24,515 nucleotides of DNA, from IMG/VR virus record IMGVR_UViG_3300021467_000205, positions 1-24,515 of that record; one strand, given 5' to 3'. The DNA comes from a virus. Each line of letters opens with the position of its first letter. The first letter of the stretch is position 1. The translations under genes were made by a program, and so were the position numbers. This document shows positions 1 to 8,064 of the stretch, piece after piece. Below the pieces are notes generated by a model. That model was not told where the DNA came from, ran no database searches, and saw only the letters and a list, made by a program, of their open reading frames with translations.

Positions 1-2316
1 CTTAAGACTTACAACCACTTCTTTGTGTCCATCTTCCGTCGTCTTATAGACAGTCGTTGATAGATTTGCGTATTGACGTTTTGCCTTTTCTGCATATTCC
101 TTAGCCAATTCAAAATTACCCTTATGCAGTGCCTGTTCTGCTTTTGCAAGATTTTCTTCTGCTTCTCTTCTTCTATCATACCAGGCTTCTTCCTCAGACA
201 TAGTTTTACGTCTGAGGGAACGGATTAATTCTTCAGTGCTTTGATTTTCACGCCTGATTAACTCCTGATACATAATTACTTTGTTTTTCCATTCCTCTGC
301 CGCCTTACTTGCGTCCTTGTATGCCTTCTGAAGTTCCTTTCCTAAAGCCTGAGCATCGGCTATAGAAAGCAAATAGACAGGGTGTAAGGCTTGCATTGAA
401 CGGCCCACTCCTAAAACACTTGTCTGACCAACGTCCCTAACTTGATGCAAGGCCTTTACAATATTCTGTAAAGTTGCTTGATACTTTTCTGCATTTTTTT
501 GTGCTTCTTTGGCTTTTTCTGTCTGAAATGGTAAAGGAATGCCTAATATTTTTTTTGCCTGTGTGGCCTCCATCTCAGCCGCATTAGCCTTGTATGTGTA
601 GTATTTCATAGCCTCTATAAGCTCTTTTTTATATGCTTTTCGTTGTTCTTCCGTCAGATTTAATATTTCTTTTTGAGATAATATTTGCACATTTGCTGCT
701 TCTTTATAGTGATTTGCTGCTTCTTTATAGTGATTGGCCAAACTCTGATTTTCTTTCATGACATCATTTAAACTTTTCATTTCATTAGCCAACTTTAATA
801 CATTATGAACTGCCAGCGCCGTCGTAACTCCGAACACACCCAACATAGCTGCTTTAGCTAATGTTAATTTAGTCGTGAATAAAGTAGTTAAGGGTATAGT
901 TGTATGTAATTGAACAATAAGAGACCCTAGCCCTGTCACTATAGACCCAAGACCTGCTTTCCACAAAGCAAAGGCTGCTCCAGCTCCTATCAACGTCTGT
1001 ATATACATCCGTGTAGGGGCATCTACCTGTTCAATCGCTTGCATAAACTTGTTTATCTGTGTTACAACTGGCAAAAGTGCATTGGCTATAAATTCACCAA
1101 TTGAAATCCCAAGCCTCTCTATCTGATTCTGAAACATTTTTAGCTTATTTTCTGGTGTGTCTTTCATTTTATTATAAGCCTCTGGCATTGCCCCTGCTCT
1201 GTTTTGAAACACACCAACAGTATCAGTCAAAGTTTTAAAATTCCCTGCAAGGGCCAAAACAGCCGTTCTTGCTCCCACATCTGGGATAAGTTTTCGCATC
1301 AGTTCTGGCTGGTCAGCATATTTAGCCAGCTCTTTAATGGTTGGAATAAGCCCTTTCCATGTAATCCCAAGCTCATCCATCACTTTTTTCGCTTCGACCC
1401 CTGGAGAAGCTAAAGCCGTTAGAGCCCCACGCAAATATTCTATCGCCTCTGGGGTCTTGATACCTACTTTAGTCAAAGTAGCAATAGCAGCCGAGAGATC
1501 TCTAAAGTTTACATTCGCACTTTTGGCAACAGGCAAAACCTTTCCGATGTATTGGGCAAGTTCAGGAAAAGTAGTAACACCCTGTTTTACTGTCATAAAA
1601 AGCGTGTCATAAACATCACCTAGCTGGTCAATACTCATTCCATAAGCATTGATAACACTAACGCCCACCTTAGCCGCTGTTTTGGTATCTGTAAGACCCG
1701 CAATTGCCGCTTTTGCTGATAGTTTTAAGACCTCCACGCTATCTTTTAGTTTTACCCCAGCACTAATTATGTCATACTCTGCACTTGCCAATTGGCTGGC
1801 GCTTTGAGGTATTTGTGTTGTCAAATCAAGGATAGACCTCCGCAAATTATTGAGATTTTCTTGTGAAGTATTGAGCAGTGTATTTACCTCGGCCATCCTT
1901 GTTTCAAATGCACTATAAACACCAAAGAGTTTCACTAAAGAATAACTAGCTGCCGCAAGGCCGAGCAAGTGATTTTTAATCTGGGAAAAAGTCCCTGAAA
2001 GTGTTTTTGTTGAGCCTTGTAACTCTTGCATCTTCGCCTTAAGATTTGCCTGGGCAACTGCGTAGTCTTTCGCAGTTATTTCACCTTTTTTATACGCAGC
2101 CGTCAGTCTATCAAAAGCCCTTTCCATTTCCTCGGTTTTTTTCTTAAGGGTAGCAACAGGGGTAACATCCAGGGTTTTTAGAGCTTTTTTAAGAGATATG
2201 GTTTGCTCCTGGGCCTTTTTGATGTTTTGTTGAGATTCTTTGGCAATAGTTGACAGGGTTGGCTTTGTTTGTATGGCTTTGATTACAAATTCTAAAACTT
2301 GTTTAGCGCTTGCCAT
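1..2316 (-). CDS. Tail tape measure protein, TP901-type core; 3' end runs off the window (772 codons visible; absent from ORF track)
   Basis: ATG at 2316 (MASAKQVLEFVIKA...). Manual translation of the N-terminal ~500 codons and of the codons at the window edge shows no stop. Contains FETRMAEVNTLL, QLASAEYDIISAG, GVTTFPELAQYIGKVLPVA, typical of phage minor tail/TP901 TMPs; located right after the chaperone. Confidence 0.92.
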   Translation of the reverse strand, partial: MASAKQVLEFVIKAIQTKPTLSTIAKESQQNIKKAQEQTISLKKALKTLDVTPVATLKKKTEEMERAFDRLTAAYKKGEITAKDYAVAQANLKAKMQELQGSTKTLSGTFSQIKNHLLGLAAASYSLVKLFGVYSAFETRMAEVNTLLNTSQENLNNLRRSILDLTTQIPQSASQLASAEYDIISAGVKLKDSVEVLKLSAKAAIAGLTDTKTAAKVGVSVINAYGMSIDQLGDVYDTLFMTVKQGVTTFPELAQYIGKVLPVAKSANVNFRDLSAAIATLTKVGIKTPEAIEYLRGALTALASPGVEAKKVMDELGITWKGLIPTIKELAKYADQPELMRKLIPDVGARTAVLALAGNFKTLTDTVGVFQNRAGAMPEAYNKMKDTPENKLKMFQNQIERLGISIGEFIANALLPVVTQINKFMQAIEQVDAPTRMYIQTLIGAGAAFALWKAGLGSIVTGLGSLIVQLHTTIPLTTLFTTKLTLAKAAMLGVFGVTTALAVHNVLKLANEMKSLNDVMKENQSLANHYKEAANHYKEAANVQILSQKEILNLTEEQRKAYKKELIEAMKYYTYKANAAEMEATQAKKILGIPLPFQTEKAKEAQKNAEKYQATLQNIVKALHQVRDVGQTSVLGVGRSMQALHPVYLLSIADAQALGKELQKAYKDASKAAEEWKNKVIMYQELIRRENQSTEELIRSLRRKTMSEEEAWYDRRREAEENLAKAEQALHKGNFELAKEYAEKAKRQYANLSTTVYKTTEDGHKEVVVSLK

Positions 2317-2503
2317 TTTGTTCTCTTAGAAGTTTCATTGTTTCTTCATAGGACATTAAAAAAATAGGAAAAGGGTATTGCCAAGCCTGTGTGTGGCCTG
2401 CCAGTATCAACTGGCAGACCGCCCGGGCTAACTGTTTTGCAGCGTCTTTTCCTGTAATTTGCGAGCAGTCTCTAGAAGCTCGTCTACTGCTTTTGAAAAA
2501 AAA
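2303..2503 (-). CDS. -1 frame extension of the tail assembly chaperone (gpGT-like product, ~205 aa total)
   Basis: C CCT TTT / T TTT TTT slippery heptamers at 2506-2497; -1 frame open to TAA 2305-2303 (..QLARAVCQLILAGHTQAWQYPFPIFLMSYEETMKLLREQNGKR), filling the gap to the TMP start. Confidence 0.65.
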   Translation of the reverse strand, partial: FFFKSSRRASRDCSQITGKDAAKQLARAVCQLILAGHTQAWQYPFPIFLMSYEETMKLLREQNGKR

Positions 2504-2919
2504 GGGTTCAGCTCTCTTATAGCCTCCCTTACTTTTGCCAATACATGTTCAGGCATTTGTTTGATTTCCTCTTCTGAAAGCCCTGTCGTTAGCTTTATGA
2601 TGTATTCATCCAGGTCTTTGAATAGAAAGCTAATACTACTGACTTCACTTTCTTTTCTATAAACTTCTTGACAAAGTGCCTCCCACTCTGTGCAATTTTT
2701 ACACGCTTCGAGCATAGGTTTTGTCTGTCCAATTTCTCCCAACCTGGATCTTTTCCTGTTTGCCTCACATTGTTCAGGAGTGACCTTCCCTAAACCATGT
2801 GGACATACAAAAGTGTTATTAAGCCTCTGCAAAATATCCTCCACCTCTGCAACCGTGAGGTCGTGCACTTCTATCTTTTTGCCACTAAATTCAAGCGTTT
2901 TTATTTTTCGTGGGAACAT
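2428..2919 (-). CDS. Tail assembly chaperone (gpG-like) carrying an inserted Cys-rich domain
   Basis: Between tail tube and TMP; IEVHDLTVAEV...LF.D...TGLS..EI..M...NPFF pattern of Mu-like chaperones; residues 35-85 are a Cys-rich insert. Confidence 0.8.
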   Translation of the reverse strand: MFPRKIKTLEFSGKKIEVHDLTVAEVEDILQRLNNTFVCPHGLGKVTPEQCEANRKRSRLGEIGQTKPMLEACKNCTEWEALCQEVYRKESEVSSISFLFKDLDEYIIKLTTGLSEEEIKQMPEHVLAKVREAIRELNPFFSKAVDELLETARKLQEKTLQNS

Positions 2920-2925
2920 AGGCTA

Positions 2926-3651
2926 TTACTCCTCATATTCAATGTAATATGGCTCATTCTTCCCTTCTGGAGTGAGCAAAGTGCCTTCAAGTGCCAAAGT
3001 GGCAAAATCATCTGCCAAAAAATCAACTTCTTTGGTTGTTTTTAACCTCGCCTCATGAACATAAACCCTACAGGGTTTATCATTAACCTGGTTAATACCA
3101 TCAAGAATTAAGGCTCCTTTAATTTCTGCATTTTGTGAACCTAAAATCTTCATTCCAGCTTCGTTATAATCATATGAAACACTTAATGTTTCTCCGTCTG
3201 TTATGCTACCACCCTCGAGCGCCTTAAGTAGTCCAACGTTACTGTTCACTACATAATCTGTTCCTTCCTCATAAGTTGTCGTTTCTCCGCTGTCTTTCAC
3301 AACCACATTAGAAAGCCCACTATGTGCAAGCTTCACATAATTGCCAATACTAGCAGTTACTTCCTCACTTGTAATATTCCCTGTGCCTGCACCTTCCTCC
3401 ACGTTTCCTCGCAATGCTGCTGCAAGATTGTTTGCATTAAAATCATCCATTTCAATGCTGATTTTTGCAGGTTTTGGGATAGCAACCCTGTCAAGGGCTT
3501 GCCCATAAGTATCTGTCTGCCTGGAAATCCTTTCTTTGATTTCTGCATCTGATTCATCAATCGCAAATTTAATAGCATTCCCAACAGGCAAATATTTCCC
3601 CTGCTTGTTTCTGTCTAGATATACTTGCCCTTTTCCTAAAAATCCTGCCAT
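2926..3651 (-). CDS. Major tail (tube) protein, siphovirus type, with internal beta-rich insert
   Basis: FLGKGQVYLDR..LPVGN..KF N-terminus and V.FLADDFATLALEG.LL C-terminus typical of tube proteins of Mu-like siphoviruses; position before chaperone and TMP. Confidence 0.8.
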   Translation of the reverse strand: MAGFLGKGQVYLDRNKQGKYLPVGNAIKFAIDESDAEIKERISRQTDTYGQALDRVAIPKPAKISIEMDDFNANNLAAALRGNVEEGAGTGNITSEEVTASIGNYVKLAHSGLSNVVVKDSGETTTYEEGTDYVVNSNVGLLKALEGGSITDGETLSVSYDYNEAGMKILGSQNAEIKGALILDGINQVNDKPCRVYVHEARLKTTKEVDFLADDFATLALEGTLLTPEGKNEPYYIEYEE

Positions 3652-3673
3652 TTTTATCCCTCCATCATAATAT

Positions 3674-4348
3674 TTATTCCCATTTTTTTAAATTACACTC
3701 TCCATTTTTAGTATCTAGTTTAATATATGTGCAGCTATCAAGCCAATCACCACAATTAACTATGAGTTGTCCATTCTCAATTTCCATTATGCTTGCATAG
3801 TGAGTATGCCCCATTACTATTGTGATGTAAGAAATATTTGTGTTGTAAGAAATATTGCGTTCTGCAAAATCAAACACATTGCTGTATATCATACCAATTG
3901 ACTTGTGCCATTTTTCTCTATTGTATTGTTTCCAATGCGAGGGCGGTTTGAAAAAACAGGGAACGATTTTCTTCAAAAATCGCCACGGCCACCAGCCACA
4001 AAGTGAATCAAACTGGTGGCCATGAGTAAACAATACATTGCCCAGAAGAAAATGGGAAGGCGTTTCACAGCTAACGCCCAACAACTTTTGAATTGTTTTG
4101 CTCAGTTCTGGGTCGTGATTTCCTTTTAAAAGGTAACATTTGCCACTTAAAATAAGTCTTTTTAATGCTTCCAGCAACAAGGCACCAGTCCTAGACTTCA
4201 TTATTTCTTTTTCTGTGCAACGCACTCTGTCTATTATGTCCCCTGCACCCACTATTAAATCTGCCACATCTAAGGCATAATCTACAAAGCCCAGAAACTT
4301 TCTGTTTGTATAAGGGATGTGAGTGTCTGAAAAGGCAACTATTTTCAT
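3674..4348 (-). CDS. Calcineurin-like metallophosphoesterase (LpxH/YbbF-like)
   Basis: All five motifs present: SDTH, GDIID, GNHD, THGH, GHTH; C-terminal NCGDW as in LpxH-like enzymes. Confidence 0.88.
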   Translation of the reverse strand: MKIVAFSDTHIPYTNRKFLGFVDYALDVADLIVGAGDIIDRVRCTEKEIMKSRTGALLLEALKRLILSGKCYLLKGNHDPELSKTIQKLLGVSCETPSHFLLGNVLFTHGHQFDSLCGWWPWRFLKKIVPCFFKPPSHWKQYNREKWHKSIGMIYSNVFDFAERNISYNTNISYITIVMGHTHYASIMEIENGQLIVNCGDWLDSCTYIKLDTKNGECNLKKWE

Positions 4349-4351
4349 CCT

Positions 4352-4732
4352 CTACAGCGCTCCCACAAACTCCACCATAAAGGGCACAACTTTTTTAATA
4401 ACATCTTTGCCAACAAGATAGCCAAACCGTTGCCACAGCCCCAGTAGCTTACCCTTCTCACATTCTGTGAGGTCCTCGACTTTCTTGCCCTTGACAGTCC
4501 GCTCAATCTCCTCAAGGATTTCCATTGCTTCAGCAGGCATCTTACCAATATCCTCGCCGAGAGCAACCTTCCAGTAGCAAACTGAAAATTCGCTGTGTGA
4601 ACAAAGCACAGCGGCCAGCTTGTCAGCCTGGTTCATGAACTTGTCATACCTCTTGGTGAGGCCCTTCACACGGACTGCACACCCCACCAAGAGCAAGAGA
4701 CACAGAGACAATATTATTGCCGTTATAATCAT
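4352..4732 (-). CDS. Predicted lipoprotein, unknown function
   Basis: Hydrophobic N-terminus IITAIILSLCLLLLVG followed by C (lipobox LVGC); helical mature region. Confidence 0.65.
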   Translation of the reverse strand: MIITAIILSLCLLLLVGCAVRVKGLTKRYDKFMNQADKLAAVLCSHSEFSVCYWKVALGEDIGKMPAEAMEILEEIERTVKGKKVEDLTECEKGKLLGLWQRFGYLVGKDVIKKVVPFMVEFVGAL

Positions 4733-4835
4733 TGCTCCCCCCCGTTTTTACTAGGCATAAATTCCTCCTTGCGCCCTTTTTAGGACACGTTCATATATAC
4801 AAAACTCCTGGGATTTCCACGGTTATCATGTTCTT

Positions 4836-5108
4836 CTATTCTCCTACATAATACATAGTAAAATCAAACCATTTTTCATTCCTAACATACATTGTTCCTC
4901 TTAAAGCATGCTTGTTTATTTTTTTTAAGACATCTCGCACAGGCCAATATTTATAGTGCAATTCCATATCTTTAATTCTAAAATCTGCCAAAAATAATTC
5001 GCTCCCCCAAGGAAGAAAGTTTTTCCCACTATCTCCTTCTATTTTTTTGGTCAGGATGTGTGTTTCCCCAATGTAAACTTCCCAATATCCATCAAGTATT
5101 TTATTCAT
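4836..5108 (-). CDS. Hypothetical protein, 90 aa, aromatic-rich
   Basis: ORF tightly packed and co-oriented with the operon; no recognisable motif. Confidence 0.6.
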   Translation of the reverse strand: MNKILDGYWEVYIGETHILTKKIEGDSGKNFLPWGSELFLADFRIKDMELHYKYWPVRDVLKKINKHALRGTMYVRNEKWFDFTMYYVGE

Positions 5109-5126
5109 TTTATTTGATAATTTCTT

Positions 5127-5543
5127 TTATACTTCCTCCCTTACTTCTGTCTCATATACCTGCCCAAAGGCAACTATGCGGTCATCATGATATATCAATC
5201 TTTCCCTCTTAATTTGCAAAGGCTTCATCTCAAAATCCGCAAAAATTACATCATTCAGCGCCTCTTTGGTTTTCTCCAAAAGTTCATACACTTTCTGTCT
5301 AGCCTTATCTTTTTTTCTCATACTCTCACATCCTACAATCACTGTCCAACGCATCCGCCTTCTGAGCAATAAATTTTGTCTATCAAAATCTCCCCCCTCA
5401 TACACTACTAATGCACAAGGCATAAGCCCCAGTATTTCTTTATAAGTTTGCCGTGCAAATTCTCCTTCATATCCTTTTATTGTTTTGAAATCTGCTATTG
5501 TCGTAATTTTATCTACAATCGCTTGCTCAAACTCATTCAGCAT
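5127..5543 (-). CDS. Mu gp37-like (DUF1834-type) tail terminator/neck protein
   Basis: E.AIV.KI, YEGEF, PCALVVY.G, W.V+V, VYELL..+..AL pattern; position after gpG. Confidence 0.65.
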   Translation of the reverse strand: MLNEFEQAIVDKITTIADFKTIKGYEGEFARQTYKEILGLMPCALVVYEGGDFDRQNLLLRRRMRWTVIVGCESMRKKDKARQKVYELLEKTKEALNDVIFADFEMKPLQIKRERLIYHDDRIVAFGQVYETEVREEV

Positions 5544-5546
5544 TAC

Positions 5547-6017
5547 TTACCCTTTTGCCAGCCTTTCTATTTCTTTTGATAGAGTGTCCAAAATCTCATC
5601 CCAATCTTCGTCAGCCACCCCAAGAAAAGGCCTGACTGGTATTTCTGCCCTGTGGCCACGTCCAGCCCTGCCGCCAAATTGGTGGATGGCAGCATATGGG
5701 ACGTTTGTGCTTACTTCTACCCGGTCCTGGTAGGCATCGTAAGTGAAATGTCCGCCAAGCCGGCCCTCACGCCAGAGAATTGGATGCTCGCCTCCATAAC
5801 CAGACCGGATGCGTTGCTGTATGGTAGAAGGCTTTAGCGGCGCCCAGGCTTCACCTTCAGGTGAACGTTCCTCCTCAAAGCAAGTCTGCACCCGATTGAG
5901 CACAATCTCACCGATGTTTTTCATCACCGGCCGCAAGTCTGAAGTGAAGTTTAAAAGCCGTTTAAACAGCCTTGTAACCTCTTCATCATGTACAGTTATA
6001 GTAATGGCCGGCATCAA
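5547..6017 (-). CDS. Phage virion morphogenesis protein (Mu gpG / tail completion S family)
   Basis: F..ERSPEG..WAPLKPST, L...GRL, VEVSTNVPYAAIHQFGG, IP.RPFLG motifs. Confidence 0.9.
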   Translation of the reverse strand: MMPAITITVHDEEVTRLFKRLLNFTSDLRPVMKNIGEIVLNRVQTCFEEERSPEGEAWAPLKPSTIQQRIRSGYGGEHPILWREGRLGGHFTYDAYQDRVEVSTNVPYAAIHQFGGRAGRGHRAEIPVRPFLGVADEDWDEILDTLSKEIERLAKG

Positions 6018-6436
6018 TATGCCTCCCAGGTGTCGTCATTAAAATACTTGCTGCGCGTACTGGCTTTTACCTCTGCTGTTTGCACTCGCTCTGGTTCTTC
6101 TGAGACGCCCAGTTTGACCTGACCTTTGCTTATTCTATTCAAAAGTTTGTCAACATTTTTCTTGCGCTCCTGGATATCATCAGTAACCACGCTGCGCCTG
6201 AGCTTGAGGTAATACAACACTAGATCAACACAGATCCGCTTGATCAATATATGCGGTGTGTCCAGCGGCACATTGTAACGTGTAACCAGATACCCATCTA
6301 TCTCGGCACTGGCCCGCTCACAGATTTCATCCACCACGGTCTGATTCACGGTGCCCAGACCGTCATCATCCGTCAGTTGGATCAGCTCCTCTTCACTGAT
6401 TTCTTTTTTTAAGTCGTCTAAGGTTGCGTAGGCCAT
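6014..6436 (-). CDS. Mu gp36-like (DUF1320) head-tail connector
   Basis: MAYAT.DDL, ELIQLTD, ASAEIDGYL..RY.VPL, ICVDL..YYL motifs. Confidence 0.9.
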   Translation of the reverse strand: MAYATLDDLKKEISEEELIQLTDDDGLGTVNQTVVDEICERASAEIDGYLVTRYNVPLDTPHILIKRICVDLVLYYLKLRRSVVTDDIQERKKNVDKLLNRISKGQVKLGVSEEPERVQTAEVKASTRSKYFNDDTWEAY

Positions 6437-6480
6437 AGTTTATTAGAAAGGGCAGGACATACGAGCGCCCCACCCGTGGT

Positions 6481-6675
6481 TTATTTCGCTTTTTCTTTGT
6501 CCTGTTTGAAATCGTCTGGATCGTCTTTAACAGGTTCAACAATCGGCTCAATGATAGGCGGTTTGACTTTCATCAAGTCTCCAGCCACTTTTTTGGGCAG
6601 CTCAACCTTATCCCCTGGCTTATACCTTTTGCCGTTATACCGCAGACCATATTTCACCAGATATTTCATTGTCAC
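6481..6675 (-). CDS. Small head-associated protein (post-capsid gene)
   Basis: LRYNGKRYKPGDKVEL pattern common in the gene following phage capsid genes; RBS AGGAGG upstream. Confidence 0.6.
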   Translation of the reverse strand: MTMKYLVKYGLRYNGKRYKPGDKVELPKKVAGDLMKVKPPIIEPIVEPVKDDPDDFKQDKEKAK

Positions 6676-6682
6676 CTCCTAA

Positions 6683-7609
6683 TTAAGCGTTAGTGTCTTT
6701 AATAAGAAAAGCAGCATCAGCGCCCACGATTTTGATGGCGTAATTATCTGTATAGCGAATAATGGTCAGCTTTTTTTGTTGGTCATAACGGTCGACAAAA
6801 GGATATCCTTTCCGGCGCAGGGTATAGCCGTAAGCAGGCTCATACGGAGTGCGCTCATTAGGTTTTCTTTGTGGCACATAGGCTAAGATACAAACATCGC
6901 CCCAGATATCATATACTGTGCCATCATCATCCATATAAATGGCTTCACCCACTGCTACAGTAGGAATGTCAAAAATCACTTTAAGCAGATCAACGGTTAA
7001 AACACCTTTCTGGCTGTATTTAATCTTCTCCAGCAATTTAAGATGTTCTTTTAGAGCTTTAAAAGTAGATGCGCCTATAACCATTACATTGGGGCGCCTG
7101 CCGATGGTCTGCCTGATGGTTTCTTTAGCATCATCAACCACTGTAATAGGATTAGAGTTCTCATAATCTGTCCACTGATCTGTCCCGGTTAGAGTTTCAA
7201 CATGAGATGCGTCGTAATTCGCTGCATCTTGGGCTAAATCAGCCGCAGCCTTTTCTCTGCCTAACTGTACACCTTCTGTGACCCGAAATGTGGCCGCAGC
7301 CTCAATCGGGAACATAGATTCTGCTTTTTCTCTGTAATCAATGGGCTCTTCAAGGTCATGCTCATCACAGGCATAAGGAATTGTATTGGGCGCTTCAGAG
7401 TAAATCCGGTTAGACTTAGCCCTAATAGCCCTTAACGTGCGATAGATCTTGAAATGCTCCTTGCCAAATTTCGGAATCTTTCCGCCTTCTTTGTCAACTG
7501 AGACGGTTGGGAAAAGCACCTCGGCTACAAACTCAGCATTGGTGTAGCCAATGGCCAGGTTTGTTAATACCGGATCAACAATTCTTTCTTGTGATAGCCT
7601 ATCTGGCAT
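6683..7609 (-). CDS. Major capsid protein (capsid E-like, HK97 fold)
   Basis: IVDPVLTNLAIGY.N.EFVAE.LFP.V, L.G..QW.D..NSNPI..V..AK..IR..IGRRPN.MVIG motifs; follows protease and DUF2190. Confidence 0.88.
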   Translation of the reverse strand: MPDRLSQERIVDPVLTNLAIGYTNAEFVAEVLFPTVSVDKEGGKIPKFGKEHFKIYRTLRAIRAKSNRIYSEAPNTIPYACDEHDLEEPIDYREKAESMFPIEAAATFRVTEGVQLGREKAAADLAQDAANYDASHVETLTGTDQWTDYENSNPITVVDDAKETIRQTIGRRPNVMVIGASTFKALKEHLKLLEKIKYSQKGVLTVDLLKVIFDIPTVAVGEAIYMDDDGTVYDIWGDVCILAYVPQRKPNERTPYEPAYGYTLRRKGYPFVDRYDQQKKLTIIRYTDNYAIKIVGADAAFLIKDTNA

Positions 7610-7629
7610 TTTTCTCCCCTCCTAAAGTA

Positions 7630-8052
7630 TTATTTGAGTAAAACTTCAATGATATCGCCCGCACCGCTGGCAGCGGTTAAAGCATAGCCAAGTACCTTCT
7701 GCGGCAATACACCGCCAGAAATAGTGGTAATATCCCCATTGGCTGCCGTACTGGTTACACTGGTGCCTCCTGTATCAATAGAAACGGCCAAATCGCTTGC
7801 CTTCACCGCACGTCCCTGGTTGTCTGTGGTGATAGGGTCGCCTTTGGCAATGGCTTCTGCTGCTTCCACTAAAGCTGTCCCTAGAGCAATTACTGGAGCC
7901 TGTCTTCCTTGTGCAGCTTCTACTTCAGTCACGCCTACAGCAAATCCTCCTGCAGCAGGATAATTTCCGTCAGGCCCTACAAAACGGTGAGGTTCTAAAT
8001 CAACAGCGGCTCCAATACTTATAGCTAAAACTGGTTTATATGTTGCTGGCAT
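7630..8052 (-). CDS. DUF2190-type capsid cement/decoration protein
   Basis: RFVG..G, AVGV...A..G....V..LG.A.VEA..AI..GD.+..D..GRAV, ALTAA..AGDIIEVLL. Confidence 0.8.
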   Translation of the reverse strand: MPATYKPVLAISIGAAVDLEPHRFVGPDGNYPAAGGFAVGVTEVEAAQGRQAPVIALGTALVEAAEAIAKGDPITTDNQGRAVKASDLAVSIDTGGTSVTSTAANGDITTISGGVLPQKVLGYALTAASGAGDIIEVLLK

Positions 8053-8064
8053 GTCCCCCTCCTT

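Noticed and set aside
5211-5222. AATTTGCAAAGG in gp37 as a third late-promoter copy
   Set aside because: Matches only one half of the dyad, lies inside a CDS, and lacks the AGCC.GCCTTTTTT.TG.TAG downstream part
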